A DNA stretch of 56,590 bases. Origin: Ectothiorhodospiraceae bacterium. Lineage in GTDB: Bacteria; Pseudomonadota; Gammaproteobacteria; Thiohalomonadales; Thiohalomonadaceae. The first letter of the stretch is position 1. Each line of letters begins with the position of its first letter. Where the stretch lies: positions 1-56,590 of the forward strand of contig SLDE01000019.1 in NCBI GenBank assembly GCA_007125455.1, in the 5' to 3' direction. Of the stretch, positions 52,986-56,590 are shown in pieces. Both the position numbers and the translations under genes were made by a program. The notes below the pieces were generated by a model, which was not told where the DNA came from, did no database searches, and worked only from the letters and a program-made list of their open reading frames with translations.

Positions 52986-53069
52986 CTTGCCACTTGCCAC
53001 TTGCCACTTGCCACTTGCCACTTGCCACTTGCCACTTGCCACTTGTGACTTGTGACTTGTGACTTTCCA
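52986..53069 (+). repeat. heptanucleotide microsatellite (CTTGCCA)x8 (CTTGTGA)x3 (CTTTCCA)x1
   Basis: 12 in-register 7-nt units counted directly. The upstream segment 52941-52968 (AGCAAGT TACAAGA GACAAGT CGCAAGT) is 4 heptads of the complementary CAAG core. Confidence 0.95.
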
Positions 53070-53070
53070 C

Positions 53071-53090
53071 TCCGCGAAAGCGGATTTTTT
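53071..53090 (+). terminator. rho-independent terminator (radC 3' end)
   Basis: tccgc-gaaa-gcgga followed by T6. Confidence 0.6.
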
Positions 53091-53091
53091 C

Positions 53092-53120
53092 TTGCGTCAA
53101 GGGCACTGTTTTGGTATAAA
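53092..53120 (+). promoter_or_regulatory. sigma-70-type promoter for rpmB-rpmG
   Basis: -35 TTGCGT (53092-97), a 17-nt spacer, and -10 TATAAA (53115-20), about 58 nt upstream of the rpmB ATG. Confidence 0.5.
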
Positions 53121-53177
53121 GTCCGGCTTCATGCCCCTGTTAGGGCAAATAGACATCAGTATAGCGGAGTTAGAATC

Positions 53178-53414
53178 ATGTCCAAGGTATGCCAGGTAAC
53201 CGGCAAGCGTCCCATTACCGGTAATAATGTTTCGCACGCCAACAACAAGACCAAGCGTCGTTTTCTGCCCAATCTGCACCACCACCGCTTCTGGGTGGAG
53301 AGCGAAAACCGCTGGGTTCGTCTGCGTGTCACCCCCAAGGGCATGCGTATCATCGACAAGAAGGGTATCGATGCGGTCCTGACCGACATTCGCGCCCGCG
53401 GCGAAAAGGTTTAA
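53178..53414 (+). CDS. rpmB: 50S ribosomal protein L28
   Basis: [51 protein letters not shown]..., 78 aa. The track's 53052 start is an upstream extension. Confidence 0.95.
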   Translation: MSKVCQVTGKRPITGNNVSHANNKTKRRFLPNLHHHRFWVESENRWVRLRVTPKGMRIIDKKGIDAVLTDIRARGEKV

Positions 53415-53425
53415 GGAGCTAACTC

Positions 53426-53593
53426 ATGGCCAAGTCTGCACGTGACAAGATTCGTCTGGTATCCAGCGCTGGTACCGGTCACTTCTACACCACCGACAAG
53501 AACAAACGTAACATGCCGGAAAAGATGGAGATCAAGAAGTTTGATCCCGTGGTTCGCCAGCATGTGATGTACAAGGAAGCCAAGATCAAGTAA
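53426..53593 (+). CDS. rpmG: 50S ribosomal protein L33
   Basis: Not in the track (55 aa, below cutoff). My translation is [55 protein letters not shown], collinear with E. coli RpmG. Confidence 0.93.
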   Translation: MAKSARDKIRLVSSAGTGHFYTTDKNKRNMPEKMEIKKFDPVVRQHVMYKEAKIK

Positions 53594-53611
53594 GCGATCT
53601 TGTCTCCCGCG

Positions 53612-53640
53612 AAAAGCCCGGCTTATGCCGGGTTTTTTTG
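53612..53640 (+). terminator. rho-independent terminator after rpmG
   Basis: cccggc-ttat-gccggg followed by T7. Confidence 0.8.
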
Positions 53641-53718
53641 TGCCCGGCAACTCCTGCCCGCACCCACACCCATAGAAAAGACCATGGCTATTCCTTAGTA
53701 GCAGGCTATTCTATTTAG

Positions 53719-53922
53719 GTATTCCATGAAGGCCAGGGCCAGGTGGGTGAGGCCCTGCAACAGGTGCTCCACTACGAGCGGGGGGCATGGGATCGGCTCA
53801 GTGCCACCGACACCCCGGTACACCAGTATCGCAACTGCTATCTGGCCGCCGTGCTATGGGCCGACGACAGTATGGCCGGGCTGCACGGTGAGCAGGAAGA
53901 GCCGCTACACGCCGACCAATAG
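53719..53922 (+). pseudogene. possible start-less gene remnant (67 codons, high GC3)
   Basis: The frame opens right after a TAG and has no ATG. Reads ...GEALQQVLHYERGAWDRLSATDTPVHQYRNCYLAAVLWADDSMAGLHGEQ... The Y-x-N-x(7)-D-D-x-x-G segment loosely recalls sulfatase-family proteins. Weak. Confidence 0.2.
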
Positions 53923-53931
53923 CAAGCGAGA

Positions 53932-55890
53932 CTACCGCTGCAATACCAGATTACCGTGAGGATCGACCACGCAGGCCCAGCCCAGCGCGATCCAACTGGT
54001 GGAGACCTGCTCGGTGATCAGCGCCGGGCCCTCGATATGTTGTGCCACCACCAAATCCTCGCGCCGCCACACTGGCACACCCTCCGGGAAGGCATGGATC
54101 GCCACATGGCGCGGCTCCTCAGCCAGCTGGCCCTGGCGTGCATGGGCAATGGGCAGTTGTGGTGTCGGCCCGCGTAACCCCAGACGCAGGGTAACCAACT
54201 CCACCGGCAGCTCCAGCCGGTGGCCGTAGCGCTGTTGGTGGGCAAGATGGAAGGCCTCCTCATCCAAGCGGCCCTGCCAGGGCAGATTGAGGGCGTGTGA
54301 CTGCCCCCGGTAGCGCAGATCCATGCTGGGGAAGGCCTGGATCTCTTCCTCTAACAAGCCCTCCAGCTGCAATGAATGCACACCTTGGCCGCGCAGCTCC
54401 TCCCAACCCTGCTCCAGTTCCACCGCACTGAACTCCCGCAGTAGGCCCTGCAAAGTATGGGAGAGCTGACGGCCACGCGGGGCGCAGAGCATCCCCAACG
54501 CCGAGAGTACCCCACCGTGCACCGGCACCATCGCCTGGCGCATCCCCAGAGCCTCGGCCAGGGCACAGACATGCAAGCCCCCAGCACCACCAAAGCAGGT
54601 CAGGGTCATTCCCGCCGGATCGTGGCCACGCTGCACCGAGATCACCCGCAAAGCCCGCGCCATATGTTCGTTGGCGATGCGTACTATCCCCTCTGCCGCC
54701 GCGTGCAAACCTATCCCCAACTGATCGGCGATCCGCCCCACCGCCGCCTCAGCAGCGGCCACATCCAAGCCCATGCCGCCGCCAAGAAAGGCGTCGGGCA
54801 ACAAACGGCCCAACACCAGATTGGCGTCGGTCACGGTGGCCTGCTCGCCGCCGCGTCCGTAGCAGGCGGGTCCCGGTGCCGCCCCCGCCGACTCCGGCCC
54901 CACCTGCAACAATCCACCGGCATCCACACGGGCAATAGAGCCGCCCCCGGCACCGATGGTATGCATATCGACCATCGGCACCGCAACCGGCCAGGGGCCA
55001 ATATGGCCCTCGCTGGTTAATTGCAGATCGCCATCGATCAGCGCCACATCGGTGGAGGTGCCACCCATGTCGAAGGTAAGCAGGCGCTCACGCCCAGCCA
55101 ACGTCCCCACCGCACGGGCCGCCTGCAGGCCACCCGCCGGCCCGGACAGCAGCATGTTCACCGCCCGTTGGCCCGCCAGTTCGGCCTCAATGGTATTGCC
55201 GCAGCTTTGCATCACCGAGACCCGCGCCCCGCCAAGCCCATCGCACAGCCGCGCCAGATAGCCCTCCACCTTCGGCCCCACCCAGGCATTGAGCCAGGTA
55301 GTGATCCCCCGCTCGTACTCACGGTACTCGGGCAGCACCGCCGAGGAGCGCGAGACAAAAATCCCTTCGGGTACCTGCTGCTCGATGGCGCGCTCAAAGC
55401 GGTCATCCAAAAAGGAGAACAGCAGATTGATCGCCACCGCCTCCGGGCGTAGGCGTTCCAGCTCCTCACGCAGTGCGGCCAGCTCCCCGTCCGTCAGCGG
55501 CTCAACCACCTCGCCATCAGCCCCCAGCCGACCACCCACCTCCAGACACAGCTCGCTGGGTACCGGCGAGGCGGGGAGCCGTGGTTGCAGGTTGTAGAGC
55601 TCGGCACGGGCCTGGCGACCGATGGTCAGCAGATCCCCCAGACCGTGGTTGGTGATCAACACCGTGCGCACCCCTTTGCCCTCCAGCACCGCATTGGTGG
55701 CCACGGTAGAGCCGTGCACCACGGTCAGCCCGGAAAAGTGATCTGGCCCGATCCCCAGCTCGGCCACGCCCTGCAGGATCGCCTGCTCCGGGGCATGCGG
55801 GGTCGACAGCACCTTGTGCACACGCAGGCACTCACCATCAAACAATACAAAGTCGGTAAAGGTACCGCCGGTATCGACACCAAGTAACAT
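53932..55890 (-). CDS. hydantoinase/oxoprolinase A-family protein (HyuA-like)
   Basis: MLLGVDTGGTFTDFVLFDG... is the hallmark N-terminus. A second ATPase-fold motif, FDMGGTSTDVALI, is present. 652 aa from the ATG at 55890. Confidence 0.8.
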   Translation of the reverse strand: MLLGVDTGGTFTDFVLFDGECLRVHKVLSTPHAPEQAILQGVAELGIGPDHFSGLTVVHGSTVATNAVLEGKGVRTVLITNHGLGDLLTIGRQARAELYNLQPRLPASPVPSELCLEVGGRLGADGEVVEPLTDGELAALREELERLRPEAVAINLLFSFLDDRFERAIEQQVPEGIFVSRSSAVLPEYREYERGITTWLNAWVGPKVEGYLARLCDGLGGARVSVMQSCGNTIEAELAGQRAVNMLLSGPAGGLQAARAVGTLAGRERLLTFDMGGTSTDVALIDGDLQLTSEGHIGPWPVAVPMVDMHTIGAGGGSIARVDAGGLLQVGPESAGAAPGPACYGRGGEQATVTDANLVLGRLLPDAFLGGGMGLDVAAAEAAVGRIADQLGIGLHAAAEGIVRIANEHMARALRVISVQRGHDPAGMTLTCFGGAGGLHVCALAEALGMRQAMVPVHGGVLSALGMLCAPRGRQLSHTLQGLLREFSAVELEQGWEELRGQGVHSLQLEGLLEEEIQAFPSMDLRYRGQSHALNLPWQGRLDEEAFHLAHQQRYGHRLELPVELVTLRLGLRGPTPQLPIAHARQGQLAEEPRHVAIHAFPEGVPVWRREDLVVAQHIEGPALITEQVSTSWIALGWACVVDPHGNLVLQR

Positions 55891-56007
55891 CACTCTAGCA
55901 CCCTTTGCTAGTCAGCTTCGCTCATAAGCGACCATAAGAGATAGTCCGCAGTTCACCCAAGAGCTGAAAGGCATGACAGCTTGAATTGGTCCGATTGAAG
56001 CGTATTG

Positions 56008-56307
56008 TTATTTTTCTTCATCGGGAGGCAATAGTAGCCGCTCACTTCTCCAGACCCGAACCAAATTTACCGATGATGCATTCCTCAGATAAACCACACG
56101 AAACGGCGGATGGATAATTTCCCTGATGTGGTCTTGATCAAACTCCGGGACTTTTCTACCTGAGTCCGGGTGATCACGCAGTCTTTGTACATTTTTCAAT
56201 ATGGCATTTGCAAACTTCTGGCCAATGTCCGGCACACCCTGCTCCAGGTAATACGTTTTTATCTCCTGGAGGTCACTCAGGGCAGAACGAGCGATAATTA
56301 TCTTCAC
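56008..56307 (-). CDS. parE: type II toxin, ParE/RelE family
   Basis: 99 aa with GTG start, ...IARSALSDLQEIKTYY...GRKVPEF...IREIIHPPFRVVYL...VNLVRVWRSER. Abuts the upstream antitoxin stop. Confidence 0.8.
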   Translation of the reverse strand: MKIIIARSALSDLQEIKTYYLEQGVPDIGQKFANAILKNVQRLRDHPDSGRKVPEFDQDHIREIIHPPFRVVYLRNASSVNLVRVWRSERLLLPPDEEK

Positions 56308-56577
56308 TTACTCTGCGCCAAGTATTTTCTTCGCCTCGGCCAGCGTGACGGTATTACCTTCTCGGATGTCAGCCAGTCCTTGCGCCACAGCCTTAATAAA
56401 CCGCAACTCTTCTGCAGTTTTCTCATAATCGTCGAGGCCTTGCACGACGGCAACCCCTCTGCCTCTGCTGGTCAACAGGACTGGTCTGTGTGTATCGTTC
56501 ACCCGGCTTACGACTTTGCCCGGGTTGACCTTGAGGTCGGATAGAGGAATGACATCCTCTGAAAATTTCGTTTGCAT
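56308..56577 (-). CDS. type II antitoxin, Phd/YefM family
   Basis: 89 aa, ...IPLSDLKVNPGKVVSRVNDTHRPVLLTSRGRGVAVVQGLDDYEK... Confidence 0.8.
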   Translation of the reverse strand: MQTKFSEDVIPLSDLKVNPGKVVSRVNDTHRPVLLTSRGRGVAVVQGLDDYEKTAEELRFIKAVAQGLADIREGNTVTLAEAKKILGAE

Positions 56578-56590
56578 GCTAGCGCCCTCG

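Noticed and set aside
53426-53593. Apparent frameshift or absence of rpmG
   Set aside because: My first count was off by one base. Recounting gives an intact 55-codon L33 gene. It is missing from the track only because it is short.
53726-53959. 77-aa plus-strand ORF in the track
   Set aside because: It is Arg/Pro/Thr-rich and non-protein-like, and it overlaps the hydantoinase 3' end. The neighbouring frame (53719-53922) looks more coding-like.

Overview
The window is GC-rich core chromosome of a gammaproteobacterium. Gene content and order resemble several Pseudomonas synteny blocks as I recall them (PA0389-0413, PA0546-0555, PA5315-5332). All product calls come from motif recognition and remembered reference sequences, because no search could be run.

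Gene content, left to right:
- a ccmF 5' part on the minus strand that runs off the left edge
- a minus-strand central-carbon/Calvin-type operon, tkt-gap-pgk-pyk-fba
- an activated-methyl-cycle cluster, metK, an SAH riboswitch, ahcY-metF and rsmE
- a minus-strand Pil-Chp twitching chemosensory operon, pilG-pilH-pilI-pilJ-chpA-cheW-like, ending in a diheme cytochrome c4 gene
- gshB, a tonB-like gene, yqgE and ruvX
- pyrR-pyrB, a degenerate pyrC', and a PyrK-like flavoprotein gene
- pilU and pilT
- yggS-proC-yggT-yggU
- an inserted dynamin-like GTPase gene
- metX-metW and a DUF945-like gene
- a compact xthA-ampG-(36-aa ORF)-HCxxMCGG membrane protein operon
- pyrE with two translationally coupled small ORFs
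- a TauE-like gene, a DUF4124 gene, slmA, argB, and a gene for a protein with two transmembrane (TM) segments
- dut-coaBC, radC and rpmB-rpmG
- an orphan hydantoinase-A-like gene
- a lower-GC ParE/Phd toxin-antitoxin pair at the right edge

I did not find a self-contained novel multi-gene system that I can defend.

The most unusual signals, all seen directly in the sequence, are:
1. A dispersed set of hairpins that abut stop codons. Their arms are themselves heptanucleotide tandem repeats. The set includes a 12-copy heptamer microsatellite after radC.
2. An identical 15-bp perfect palindrome, TTAACAGGCTGTTAA, that occurs twice and brackets the xthA-ampG operon.
3. A cytochrome c4 gene appended to the Pil-Chp operon.
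4. A solitary dynamin-like GTPase gene inserted into an otherwise conserved block.
5. A PyrK-like gene that follows a catalytically degenerate PyrC'.
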